Assembly (NCBI GenBank): GCA_002269645.1 | Contig: NIVC01000694.1 | Span: 1 to 64,000 of the forward strand | DNA length: 64,000 bases | Direction of reading: 5' to 3' | DNA from: Macrostomum lignano | Lineage: Eukaryota | In this document: one piece after another, positions 1-12,640 of the stretch | Layout of the letters: every line of letters starts with the position of its first letter | How positions within the stretch are numbered: position 1 is the first letter of the stretch | Program-made: the position numbers and the translations under genes | Notes under the pieces: generated by a model | What the model saw: only the letters and a program-made list of their open reading frames with translations | The model's database searches: none | What the model was told of the DNA's origin: nothing

Positions 1-157
1 ACGCTTGGGTTGCAATCTGGACATCACGACGCGTCAGCTTTGAATGCGTTGGGAGCCTGAGCAGTGCTGAGCGATTCACTTTGGGGATCACGGCTGGCTT
101 TGATGAGGCTGGGAGACTGGAGGCGAAGTAGAGCCATTCGGTTGTCAAGGTACTTGG

Positions 158-343
158 ATTCTGGTGCTGCTGGCTCTGATCTCATCAGCTGTGGGATTCT
201 GGTGCTGCTGGCTCTGATCCCATCAGCTGTGGGATTCTGGTGCTGCTGGCTCTGATCCCATCAGCTGTGGGATTCTGGTGCTGCTGGCTCTGATCCCATC
301 AGCTGTGGGATTCTGGTGCTGCTGGCTCTGACACCATCAGCTC
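158..343. repeat. 38-bp tandem repeat, ~5 copies
   Basis: Unit CTGATCCCATCAGCTGTGGGATTCTGGTGCTGCTGGCT; starts recur at 214 and 252; internal ATCCCA/TGGGAT hairpin; no spacers. Confidence 0.9.
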
Positions 344-368
344 AGCGTGCACTTTTGATGTTGCTAGC

Positions 369-374
369 TTTATT
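369..374 (-). promoter_or_regulatory. AATAAA polyadenylation signal of the Kv gene
   Basis: TTTATT on + strand, ~140 nt downstream of the TGA at 516-518. Confidence 0.55.
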
Positions 375-515
375 AATCAAATTTATAAAATGCTGAGAAG
401 TCCCGGCTCCGATCCAAGACCCTTCTGGGGGCTGCACAAAGCAGCGGATGGTCCCAAATCCTGTTCAACCGTCCAGCTTCCGCCAGCGCATCTCCAGCCT
501 TGGGCGCCACAGGCC

Positions 516-2017
516 TCAGTGCCTGCCGCGGCCCGTCTTGTGAGTGTAGAACTTGTTGAAGTTCTCGGTGATGATGGGCACCGGGATGGCCAGGGTCAGC
601 ACTCCCGCGATCGCGCACACGGAGCCCACCACCATGCCCAGCGGGCCCTTCGGCACCTTGTCGCCGTAGCCCACGGTGCACATGGTGATCACCGCCCACC
701 AGAATGCGTCCGGGATGCTCTCGATCTGCGAGCCCTTCACCTCGCTTCCACATAGTAGATGGTGGAGGAGAACAGCAGGATGCAGACGATCAGCGCCACC
801 AGGAAGAGGCCGAGGCCCTCGATGCTCGCTCTGAAGGTCAGCACCAGCACCTGGAGGCCGTCGAAGTGCTTGGTGAGCTTGAACACCCGGATGAGGCGGA
901 CCACGCGGAGGAAGGCGAGCGAGGCGCTGGACTTGGCGCCCTCGCAGCTCATGGTGATGAGCACGTTGGTGAGCGTCACGTAATACGGCACGATGGCCGA
1001 GAAGTCCACGGCGTTCTTGATGTCCTTGATGAAGGCCTTCTTGGACGGGCAGACTGCGAAGCGGATGACGAGCTCCAGGGTGAACCAGGCGGTGCAGGCG
1101 GACTCGATTATAAAAAACGGGTCGAGGAAGTTGGGCAGCTCGTGGGCCACGCAGTGCGAATCCTTGAACTCCTTGAGCGTCTCCACACAGAACAGGATGA
1201 TGGAGATGACGGTGAACAGCACGGATATGATGGCCACCAGGAAGGCGGGCGTGCTGGTCTCCGGTACTCGAACAGCATCCAGATCTTGCGCTTGACCGGG
1301 TGCTCGGGCAGCACCACAGTCTCCGAGATGTAGCCCTCGTCCTTCTTGTAGGCGTCGATGACCTCCCGCTCGATCTCGTAGAACTCCAGCTCGGACAGGA
1401 AGATGTCGTCCGTGACGTTCGGCGGGCGCTTCAGCTTGCCGCCGTACTGATAGTAGTTGAAGATGGCCTCGAAGGTGGGCCGGTGCCGGTCGAAGAAGTA
1501 CTCGTGGTGCCGCCTGTCGAAGTACTTGGCCCGCTTCTGCGGGTTGCCCAGCAGGGTGCGCGGTGCTTCAGGACGCCCAGGCGGGTCTCGAAGTGCATGC
1601 CGGACACGTTCAGGCGGACGCGCTCGCAGCCGAGGAAGTGACAGTCGTGGAAGGCGCCCGCAACTGCCGGTGGCTGCGCTCGGAAATGCCTCGGCGAGGG
1701 CTGCGCAGATGAGGACTGCGGCGAGTCTTCCAAGCGGGAGCGGGCCGCTGGTTGCGCGGCTGCTGCTGCGGCTGCCGCTCGGGCTCGGCCTCGTCTGCTG
1801 ACCCTTCCGAGTCGTCGGAGTCGCGGCTCGATCGCCGCTGGTACAAATGCAGGTGCGAGGTCCTGGGCTCGAATCTAACTAGCTTGTTGTGCGACTTGTA
1901 GCTGCTCCGCTCGATGTGTGACTGGGTCTGGTAGGTGATCATGCTCAGGTCCTCCCTGGAGTGGCTCCCGCCGCCTCCATAGGAGCTGGGGCTCATGTAG
2001 GAGGGCACGTACAGCAT
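516..2017 (-). CDS. Shaker/Kv1-type voltage-gated K+ channel alpha subunit, intronless, with 4 apparent single-base frameshifts
   Basis: Stitched frames give a T1 domain ([46 protein letters not shown]), S1-S4 ([15 protein letters not shown]), pore [17 protein letters not shown] and S6 LAIPVPII. Frame breaks at ~1680-1740, ~1562, ~1263 and ~743. Confidence 0.9.
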
Positions 2018-2580
2018 GCCGACGCTTTTCTCTGCCCGGCTCGCCCTATCGCGATTGGCGCGCTGCTATTGGCTGCTGCCGTTGCTGCGGGCTCCGGCCA
2101 TAGGGGGGCTACGGGCCGCGAATTCCTCCAGCAATCCCTGCCGGCTGCAAGGGCGGGCGGCGGTGAGAATTCAGCGAAATGCAAAGAAGAGAGAAGTGGA
2201 AAATTGAATTTTTATATCAGGCCTGATTATCGGCCAGTTTTGCCCGCTCGGCCGGCCCGCTGATTTCAGGGGGCGGTGAGCACTCAGCCCGGACCGGCAA
2301 AAAGCCCCGAGCTCAATCTAATTTGCCCGGCCCCCGGCACGCCAGGAGGCAGAGCAGCGGACCGGAGCCCGCCAACAATGAGAGCCGGCAGGGTGGCTCT
2401 CGTAGAGAAGAATGTTCGTGCGCTGCCCCCGGCTGCTTGTTTTTGGAATCGAAACTTCCCGTGCCGCCTGAGCAAACCGGGCCTCTGATTCCCTCCTGAC
2501 CTCGGAAAGTCAACATGGGCTCTCCTTGCCGCCTTTCCGCCCGGCCACTTCATCGATCCGTTGGGTATCTCTGGCTGCGG

Positions 2581-2724
2581 GAGCTGTCCCTGAGCCTGAG
2601 CTGTGCCTGAGCCTGAGCTATCCCTGAGCCTGAGCTGTCCCTGAGCCTGAGCTGTCCCTGAGCCTGAGCTGTCCCTGAGCCTGAGCTATCCCTGAGCCTG
2701 AGCTGTCCCTGAGCCTGAGCTGTC
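2581..2724. repeat. 17-bp tandem repeat, ~8 copies
   Basis: Unit GAGCTGTCCCTGAGCCT; starts at 2581 and 2598. Confidence 0.9.
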
Positions 2725-3269
2725 CTGCTCCCCACTCTGACTAACCAGTGGCAGCAGATCTTCATTTTTGGCATCCCTTTAATCGTCCGGTTCTGATAGC
2801 TTGTCGGGCGGCTTGTTAGCGATGGCTCTCGGTGGCTCACCCTCCGAGGTTACTCGCGAAGCACTCTCGCTTCCAATCACGGTTTCACAGTTTCTTAAGG
2901 CTTTATGATGCATGCGATTCAATGCGTGCTGCGGATTGAGACATCAGAAGCCACTCATGCTACTGGCAGTAGTGCAGTGCTACAGTGACTTTCCGTGGTG
3001 GAGTTTTTATATTAGAAGCTGGGCGAGCGGCACGAAGGCCTTGAGGCTCGTCTGCAGTTTGAAACGAGTTCTTTGTTTTTCTGTCAGCCCCATTTTCAAA
3101 GCTGCCACAGGCTGCAAACAGCGGGAAGGGGGCGCGGGCAAACACGGCACGCTGCTCCGCCTGCCTGCCGCAGCTCGCGATGCAGCGGAAGAGGCTGGGG
3201 TGCTGGGCTGGGCAAACTTTGTGACACCTGGCAGAAACCAGCTGCTGCCGACAGTGTCTTGCTCCAGCT

Positions 3270-4275
3270 GACACTGGCACTTTCTGTTTGAGCCTTCCCC
3301 ACCTGACACTTTCTGTCTGAGCCTTCACTACCTGACACTTTTTGTTTGAGCCTTCCCCACCTGACACTTTCTGTTTGAGCCTTCCCCACCTGACACTTTC
3401 TGTTTGAGCCTTCACTACCTGACACTTTCTGTTTGAGCCTTCACTACCTGACACTTTCTGTCTGAGCCTTCACTACCTGACACTTTCTGTTTGAGCCTTC
3501 ACTACCTGACACTTTCTGTCTGAGCCTTCACTACCTGACACTTTCTGTTTGAGCCTTCACTACCTGACACTTTCTGTCTGAGCCTTCACTACCTGACACT
3601 TTCTGTTTGAGCCTTCACTACCTGACACTTTCTGTTTGAGCCTTCACTATCTGACACTTTCTGTTTGAGCCTTCACTACCTGACACTTTCTGTCTGAGCC
3701 TTCACTACCTGACACTTTCTGTTTGAGCCTTCACTACCTGACACTTTCTGTTTGAGCCTTCCCCACCTGACACTTTCTGTCTGAGCCTTCACTACCTGAC
3801 ACTTTCTGTTTGAGCCTTCCCCACCTGACACTTTCTGTCTGAGCCTTCACTACCTGACACTTTTTGTTTGAGCCTTCCCCACCTGACACTTTCTGTCTGA
3901 GCCTTCACTACCTGACACTTTCTGTTTGAGCCTTCCCCACCTGACACTTTCTGTCTGAGCCTTCACTACCTGACACTTTCTGTCTGAGCCTTCACTACCT
4001 GACACTTTCTGTCTGAGCCTTCACTACCTGACACTTTCTGTCTGAGCCTTCCCCACCTGACACTTTCTGTCTGAGCCTTCCACCTGACACTTTCTGTTTG
4101 AGCCTTCCCCACCTGACACTTTATGTTTGAGCCTTCCCCACCTGACACTTTCTGTCTGAGCCTTCACTACCTGACACTTTCTGTTTGAGCCTTCACTACC
4201 TGACACTTTCTGCCCTGAGCCTTCACTACCTGACACTTTCTGCCCTGAGCAACACTGTCTGACACTTCTGTTCTG
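3270..4275. repeat. 29-bp minisatellite, ~34 copies
   Basis: Unit CTGACACTTTCTGT(T/C)TGAGCCTTC(AC/CC)(T/C)AC. Confidence 0.95.
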
Positions 4276-6769
4276 AGCCTTCACTGCCTGACACTTCTCC
4301 CTGAAGCACTCTGTTCAGAGACCGTTTCCTAATTAATGTAAATCCCCGCAAACAAGGGGTTCCAACTGCTTACGGGGGCGGCATGCGGAGAAGCAACGCT
4401 CGCACTGCAGCACCAGTTCCAGTTCTCCGCAGAAGCAATCAAGCAAGCTATATTTATCTCATCAAAAGCAGCAACTCCAGCTTCCCCAGCCCCATCTTCC
4501 AGACAACACAGGAGACGCCTGGTGTGTCCCTAGGAAGAGGAACAGAGCTGGGGCTGACAGGCGAGGCACTTCAAGTGACCGGCTGTCAGCAAGTGACGCT
4601 GAAATGTCAGCGAATTGAAGAGAGTGACGATTGAATGGCCGGGAGGGCCCTTTGAAAGGGTTTCTTCTAGTAGAAGAATGATAGCAACGCAGCAATCGAG
4701 CTTCGGCAAGCTCCATGCACTGCGGGAGCCGGCGACGGGCGGCTCTCGGCCGTCCGAGCGGGAAATCGATGGCCGATTCGTTAGACCGATTGATTCCTGC
4801 GGCTGCCAGGGGGAGGCTGGGAGACCGCGGCGGGCTGCAGGAGCTGCATGGGAAGCGCGGCCTGCTGCTGCACTGCAGGAATCGATCAGGCAGCTGGCCT
4901 GCCCCAAACCCTCCAACCAGGCCCCCAAGCGGGCCTCCGGATTTCACTATCTTTCGGCAACAAATTTGCGAGATGGGGCAGTCGCTAACGAGCGGCCGGG
5001 CGCGCGGAAGACGGACTCTCTTCTAGGAGGAGTTCAAGACAGCTGAAACAAGTTCAAGCGGCAGCTTGGAGACTGTTCGGAGTACTGTTTGAGGACACAC
5101 GGATATGCACTCGGGACCTGCAGTGCCAGCCAGCCCAGGGCTCAGAACACACCCGGGACCTGCAGTATAAACCCTGTAGCACAGTTACACACCGTCAGAG
5201 ACTCCTCAGACTCAAAGGCTGGAGCTGTGGGACCAACAGCAACTTGCCGAAATAGGCGGTAAAGGCGTGCTAACATGGAAGCCAAAGAAGCTGTTTTCCG
5301 TCCCTCCCTGAGGAACCCTGCAGCTGACAATGGGGGGGGGCTTGAAGTCGCTAATTTTAATTTCCCAACTGCAGCAGCGCTCTGACCTTTAAATCTCAGT
5401 CCGCACTGATTCACTCCGCAGCCGGGGGTGCCGCATCCCCGCCAACTCCGGTTCGTGTTGCTATGCGCCCCGTGACGCCCGCCGCTCAAGCTTGTAAATC
5501 CCGCTCTCCAGCGGCCACAATGGGATTTTTAATCCGTGTTGATCGCGCCTGACCCCCAGGGGCAGAGTCGGCAGGGCTAAATGCTCCGGTGCACTCAGCC
5601 TGCAGCGGTGTTGCCTCACCTCCTTTTTTCTATCAGTTTTTATTCAGATGAAACGCTGCAGAGGATTCCTGAGCCATTAAGGCAGATGGCGCTGACGAAG
5701 CTGAGCTCACAGGCCTCATGTTTTATGCCACTGTGGGCCACAGCTGCAGCCCGAATTTCGCATCGGAACTGAGCAGCCTGAGCGCTTGAATGGCTCGGAA
5801 AAAATCACTGGCGCGCTGCTGGGGCAGCTGCACGCGCTGCTCAGACTGGGAGACAAAGCCAGCACCGGCCATTCATTCTGAGTCTCCCGCAAAAAGCATT
5901 TTTAAACCGTTTGACTGTCTGCCCCAGGCCCGGCAATCCCATTTGCCAGCTGATGCTCCCTGACTGCAGCTGCAAAGCCGGCAAGAAGAGGGGAAGGCAA
6001 AGTCGCGGCAAAGTACTCCGCATTTCCCCCGCCCCGAGTACAAACAGGTTCTCACCAGAATTTTTTAGTACCAAGTCCTGAGCTCGAGTCCTGTGGGAAT
6101 CAGCTGAGTAGCGTCCGCTGCTCAGCTCTCCAAGCAGTCACGGTCCGCCTCGGCTCCTTCCTCCTGCGCCCGGCCTCCCTTAACTCCCTCCGCGAGCCCC
6201 CCCCCCACTCCCAGATCCTGCCGCCTCTCATTGGCCTCCGGCGCTCCAAATCCTCAGCGTTGGCCGCGAATTGGGGAGGCCCCCGAAATCAGCAACTTCA
6301 AAAGAATTTCCACCGACACGGCCGGCCCAACAACCTCCAGCAGCCCCCCCCCCCGAGGACTGACTTCCGCTCCGCTCCACTCCTGCCGCCGAGGCCTTCA
6401 GCCTTCCCCTCTTCCTCTCCGCCCCTGGCTTCTGTCTTCCGCCCGGCCTCAATTGAATTTTGGCGCTTCTTGTGCGGCAACACGGGCGGAGGGCGGAGGA
6501 GGGGGTCTTCAAGCCGCAGTCTGACTGGGTGAGCACGCCCCCCGCAGAGCTGAGGCTGCGGTTCTTGAGTATCTGCTCACGATCGGCTGCCCGGGTGTCG
6601 GTCGATTTGATAACAGACCGAGCTGGGAAAGGCAAACTGGCCTCATTAGCCTGATGTCTGCCATCGGTTGTGAAAGTGCAAATTGGTCATTTGCCGGCTG
6701 GTTAATATGCTGGGGAACTGTTGACCTCACTGAGTGACTGAAACATTCATTGGACTATAAACATCCTCC

Positions 6770-9127
6770 TAGTGCAATCAACATCCTCATAGTGCAACCA
6801 GCATTCTCATAGTGCAATCAACACCCTCAAGTTGCAATCAGCATCCTCACAGTGCAATCAACACCCTCATAGTACAATCAGCATCCTCACAGTGCAATCA
6901 ACATCCTCACAGTGCAATTAACACTCTAATCGTGCAATCAACACCCTCACAGTGCAATCAACATCCTCACAGTGCAATCAACATCCTCACAGTGCAATCA
7001 ACATCCTCACAGTGCAATCAACACCCTCACAGTGCAATCAACATCCTCACAGTGCAATCAACACTCTAATCGTGCAATCAACACCTCACAGTGCAATCAA
7101 CACCCTCACAGTGCAATAAACATCCTCACAGTGCAATCAACATCCTCACAGTGCAATCAACATCCTCACAGTGCAATCAACATCCTCACAGTGCAATCAA
7201 CATCCTCACAGTGCAATCAACATCCTCACAGTGCAATCAACACCCTCACAGTGCAATCAACACCTCACAGTGCAATAAACATCCTCACAGTGCAATCAAC
7301 ACCCTCAAAGTGCAATCAGCATCCTCACAGTGCAATCAACACCCTCATAGTGCAATCAGCATCCTCACAGTGCAATCAACATCCTCATAGTGCAATTAAC
7401 CTCTAATCGTGCAATCAACACCCTCATAGTGCAATCAGCATCCTCACAGTGCAATCAACATCCTCATAGTGCAATTAACACTCTAATCGTGCAATCAACA
7501 CCCTCACAGTGCAATCAACATCCTCACAGTGCAATCAACATCCTCACAGTGCAATCAACACCCTCACAGTGCAATAAACATCCTCACAGTGCAATCAACA
7601 CCCTCATAGTGCAACCAGCATTCTCATAGTGCAATCAACACCCTCAAAGTGCAATCAACACCCTCACAGTGCAATCAGCATCCTCACAGTGCAATCAACA
7701 TCCTCACAGTGCAATTAACACTCTAATCGTGCAATCAACACCCTCACAGTGCAATCAACATCCTCACAGTGCAATCAACATCCTCACAGTGCAATAAACA
7801 TCCTCACAGTGCAATCAACATCCTCACAGTGCAATCAACATCCTCACAGTGCAATCAACATCCTCACAGTGCAATCAACATCCTCACAGTGCAATCAACA
7901 TCCTCACAGTGCAATCAACACCCTCACAGTGCAATCAACACCCTCACAGTGCAATAAACACCCTCACAGTGCAATAAACATCCTCACAGTGCAATCAACA
8001 TCCTCACAGTGCAATCAACATCCTCACAGTGCAATCAACACCCTCACAGTGCAATCAACATCCTCACAGTGCAATCAACATCCTCACAGTGCAATCAACA
8101 CCCTCACAGTGCAATCAACACCCTCACAGTGCAATAAACATCCTCACAGTGGAATCAACACCCTCATAGTGCAACCAGCATTCTCATAGTGCAATCAACA
8201 CCCTCAAAGTGCAATCAACACCCTCATAGTGCAATCAGCATCCTCACAGTGCAATCAACATCCTCATAGTGCAATTAACACTCTAATCGTGCAATCAACA
8301 CCCTCACAGTGCAATCAACATCCTCACAGTGCAATCAACATCCTCATAGTGCAATTAACACTCTAATCGTGCAATCAACACCCTCACAGTGCAATCAACA
8401 CCCTCATAGTGCAATCAACATCCTCACAGTGCAATCAACACCCTCACAGTGCAATCAACACCCTCACAGTGCAATCAACACCCTCACAGTGCAATAAACA
8501 TCCTCACAGTGCAATCAACACCCTCATAGTGCAATCAACACCCTCACAGTGCAATCAACATCCTCACAGTGCAATTAACACTCTAATCGTGCAATCAACA
8601 CCCTCACAGTGCAATCAACATCCTCACAGTGCAATCAACATCCTCACAGTGCAATCAACACCCTCACAGTGCAATCAACACCCTCACAGTGCAATCAACT
8701 CCCTCACAGTGCAATCAACACCCTCACAGTGCAATCAACACCCTCACAGTGCAATCAACACCCTCATAGTGCAATCAACACCCTCACAGTGCAATCAACA
8801 TCCTCACAGTGCAATTAACACTCTAATCGTGCAATCAACACCCTCACAGTGCAATCAACATCCTCACAGTGCAATCAACATCCTCACAGTGCAATCAACA
8901 CCCTCACAGTGCAATCAACACCCTCACAGTGCAATCAACTCCCTCACAGTGCAATCAACACCCTCACAGTGCAATCAACATCCTCACAGTGCAATAAACA
9001 TCCTCACAGTGCAATCAACATCCTCAAAGTGCAATCAACACCCTCACAGTGCAATCAACACCCTCATAGTGCAATCAACACCCTCACAGTGCAATCAACA
9101 TCCTCACAGTGCAATTAACATCCTCGT
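6770..9127. repeat. 20-bp satellite, ~118 copies
   Basis: Unit GTGCAATCAACA(T/C)CCTCACA with a recurring variant GTGCAATTAACACTCTAATC; explains all QSTSSQCNQHPH ORFs. Confidence 0.97.
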
Positions 9128-10126
9128 CGTTAATACAAAATCCTTATAGTTAATCCTCATCGCAAAACCAACCTTTTTTGTGAAAGCAACATCATCGCTG
9201 TTTAACAAACATCCTTATTGGCGCGTCAACATCCTTGAACCGCCGCAAAAAGCGCTGCGTCAGTGGAAAATGCCAGCGCTATGATTTCCAGCCAATAAGG
9301 GCAGCAGAAATGCAGCGGGAGGCGGCAGCACCCAGCCTGCAGATTGGCGGACTGATTAGTAAACTCGGGCCAAATCCGAAACACACCGGGCGGGTGTCCG
9401 CACTCGATGAGCAAAACAGAAACTCGAAGTTGCGCGGTTGGGAGGCCGGCCGCCCCGCCCTACCCTGGCTGGCTGGCTCTGATTTTGGATTCCAGATCGG
9501 CACGGCCCGCGGCGGGAACATGACTGATTGCGGCACAGCTGCCAGAGCCCCGCGCCAGTCAGTCAGCCAGGGCGGACAGCAGAGCCCGCGATAACTGGAA
9601 AAGTGCGAATTCCGGACACGGGCCGATCTCGAGCCAGAAGATGAGGCGCCGATCGAAAATGACCAGAGCCGCTTGGAGTAAATCCGGTTCTGCTCACCGA
9701 GAATGAGGAAGAGCGGCGGGAGGAGCTCTTTGTGAGGGACAAATGCGATCCTGGGGGAGGCTTAATTAATTCGCCAATCATTCCAGCCCGCTGCCCAGCA
9801 CGAGTCTCTTCCGGGCCGCTGCTTTACCGCCGCCACTTGCTGGCAAATTTCGAATCCCGGAATTCAGGACAGGGGCCGGCCGCCGGGACCTCGGGCTGCT
9901 CCTCTTTGAGCAGCCGATGCTAATCTGTCAATCAGCCTGCTGTAAATGGGACATGAGCTCATGGACAACTCGACCGAGAAGGGTTCCTCGAAAACATCAT
10001 TGTTTCCTTTTTCAAATTTTGCTGGAGAAAGAAGCAACAAGAAACAAGCAAGTCAGTGATGAAGTTCCAACGAAATATCTGCTGTTTCTGTTGCATTTTC
10101 TAGACAGTTTGATCTTGACGAGTTTG

Positions 10127-10362
10127 GCTATGGCAAAACCCCACTCTGTACAGTTAATGCGGACCTAAGCACAAGTCTATGGCTAAACCCCGTTTCATAT
10201 AGTTAATGCAGCTCAGCACAAGTCTATGGCAAAACCCCGTTCCATATAGTTAATGCAGCTCAGCACAAGTCTATGGCAAAACCCCGTTCCCTATAGTTAA
10301 TGCAGCTCAGCACAAGTCTATGGCAAAACCCCGTTCCATATAGTTAATGCAGCTCAGCACAT
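10127..10362. repeat. 47-bp tandem repeat, ~5 copies
   Basis: Unit GCACAAGTCTATGGCAAAACCCCGTTCCATATAGTTAATGCAGCTCA. Confidence 0.9.
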
Positions 10363-11244
10363 GAAAACCTACAAAATGTTACAACGAGAACAGCTTTGAA
10401 GTTGAGAAGTTGAGATACTGCAGTTTATTTGTGATTTGGGAAGTGCAGGGACAGCGCAAGAGCTACTGGTCGATATCCCATTTAGTACGAGTGGTCCAGT
10501 TCCATCAGGCTGGCCCGCCCGCATCGGCACAACGGTTCGCGATGAGCAGTGAATCAATCTAAATGAGTAATTGGACCCGAGTTTAACAGAGCGATTCCAT
10601 TGATTTTCAACAGAGTGGCTGGCACAGCAGTGGGTTGGGGGGGGCTTTAATTTGCGTGCTCTGCTAGTGAAAAGGGGGAGGCCTGAGGCCTATGAAGTCC
10701 CACTGCTGCCTTGCATGACTGAGCAAGGCGAGGCTCACTCTGAGATAAGAGACGGGGCAGAATTCACAATTCCAGGTGGGACCGGAGACGCTGTGGCAGA
10801 GGCGCTGCCAAGCCCTCCTGTCCGACTCAAAATCCTGCTCAAACTGCTGCTGGGGGTGGCTGGGGATTTGAGGAGAAAGTGCAGGCTGGGCCAGCGAGAC
10901 AATTGAGTGACGGGGGGGGGGGGGCTGGGAGGAGCCGCACCGCTCCCAGTGAGGACTGACAGGAGGGTGGGGATCGAGAGCCGCTCCCGGCTGGGCCCAA
11001 AAACTCCCGCCTGCCCCCTTTGGCACTCGAAAGCTGCGCTCTGCCGCCAGCTGAAAATTGCAGCCTGCCGCCCATTGATTTGGGGGCTCCGGGACTGCTC
11101 CGTGTTTGATTTTCTTGAGACGCCTCAAGATAATGGCTGCTGGTGTTGCACTGCTCAAATTCTACCTGTGCTTCCTTAGTTTCCAAAAGGAATTTTCTGC
11201 ACCTGGAAATGCCTGTCCTATTGGGCATGTAAGGTTGTGAAGAC

Positions 11245-12640
11245 TGATATGTGAGTGACTGTGGCTGATAGATCAGCTAGATATGTGAGTGACTGTGGCT
11301 GCTAGATCAGCTAGATATGTGAGTGACTGTGGCTGCTAGATCAGCTAGATATGTGAGTGACTGTGGCTGCTAGATCAGCTAGATATGTGAGTGACTGTGG
11401 CTGATAGATCAGCTAGATATGTGAGTGACTGTGGCTGATAGATCAGCTAGATATGTGAGTGACTGTGGCTGATAGATCAGCTAGATATGTGAGTGACTGT
11501 GGCTGATAGATCAGCTAGATATGTGAGTGACTGTGGCTGCTAGATCAGCTAGATATGTGAGTGACTGTGGCTGATAGATCAGCTAGATATGTGAGTGACT
11601 GTGGCTGATAGATCAGCTAGATATGTGAGTGACTGTGGCTGATAGATCAGCTAGATATGTGAGTGACTGTGGCTGATAGATCAGCTAGATATGTGAGTGA
11701 CTGAGGCTGCCAGATAAGCTAGATATGTGAGTGACTGAGGCTGATAGATCAGCTAGATATGTGAGTGACTGTGGCTGCTAGATCAGCTAGATATGTGAGT
11801 GACTGTGGCTGATAGATCAGCTAGATATGTGAGTGACTGTGGCTGATAGATCAGCTAGATATGTGAGTGACTGAGGCTGATAGATCAGCTAGATATGTGA
11901 GTGACTGTGGCTGCTAGATCAGCTAGATATGTGAGTGACTGTGGCTGCTAGATCAGCTAGATATGTGAGTGACTGTGGCTGCTAGATCAGCTAGATATGT
12001 GAGTGACTGTGGCTGATAGATCAGCTAGATATGTGAGTGACTGTGGCTGATAGATCAGCTAGATATGTGAGTGACTGTGGCTGATAGATCAGCTAGATAT
12101 GTGAGTGACTGTGGCTGCTAGATCAGCTAGATATGTGAGTGACTGTGGCTGATAGATCAGCTAGATATGTGAGTGACTGAGGCTGATAGATCAGCTAGAT
12201 ATGTGAGTGACTGAGGCTGATAGATCAGCTAGACATGTGAGTGACTGAGGCTGATAGATCAGCTAGATATGTGAGTGACTGTGGCTGCTAGATCAGCTAG
12301 ATATGTGAGTGACTGTGGCTGATAGATCAGCTAGATATGTGAGTGACTGAGGCTGCTAGATAAGCTAGATGTGTGAGTGACTGTGGCTGATAGATCAGCT
12401 AGATATGTGAGTGACTGAGGCTGATAGATCAGCTAGATATGTGAATGACTGAGGCTGATAGATCAGCTAGATATGTGAGTGACTGAGGCTGATAGATCAG
12501 CTAGATATGTGAGTGACTGAGGCTGATAGATCAGCTAGATATGTGAGTGACTGAGGCTGATAGATCAGCTAGATATGTGAGTGACTGAGGCTGATAGATC
12601 AGCTAGATATGTGAGTGACTGTGGCTGCTAGATCAGCAAG
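11245..12640. repeat. 34-bp minisatellite, ~41 copies
   Basis: Unit GATATGTGAGTGACTG(T/A)GGCTG(A/C)TAGATCAGCTA. Confidence 0.97.

Noticed and set aside
4330-6700. GC-rich unique stretch with many short ORFs
   Set aside because: No recognisable domain, consistent frame or terminal repeats; left unannotated.
6812-9149. Long QSTSSQCNQHPH ORFs
   Set aside because: Translation of a stop-poor 20-bp satellite.
9130-11240. Protein-like fragments (e.g. VLLTENEEERREELFV; YNENSFEVEKLRYC) between arrays
   Set aside because: Short, interrupted and without a motif I can assign; could be decayed TE coding sequence.
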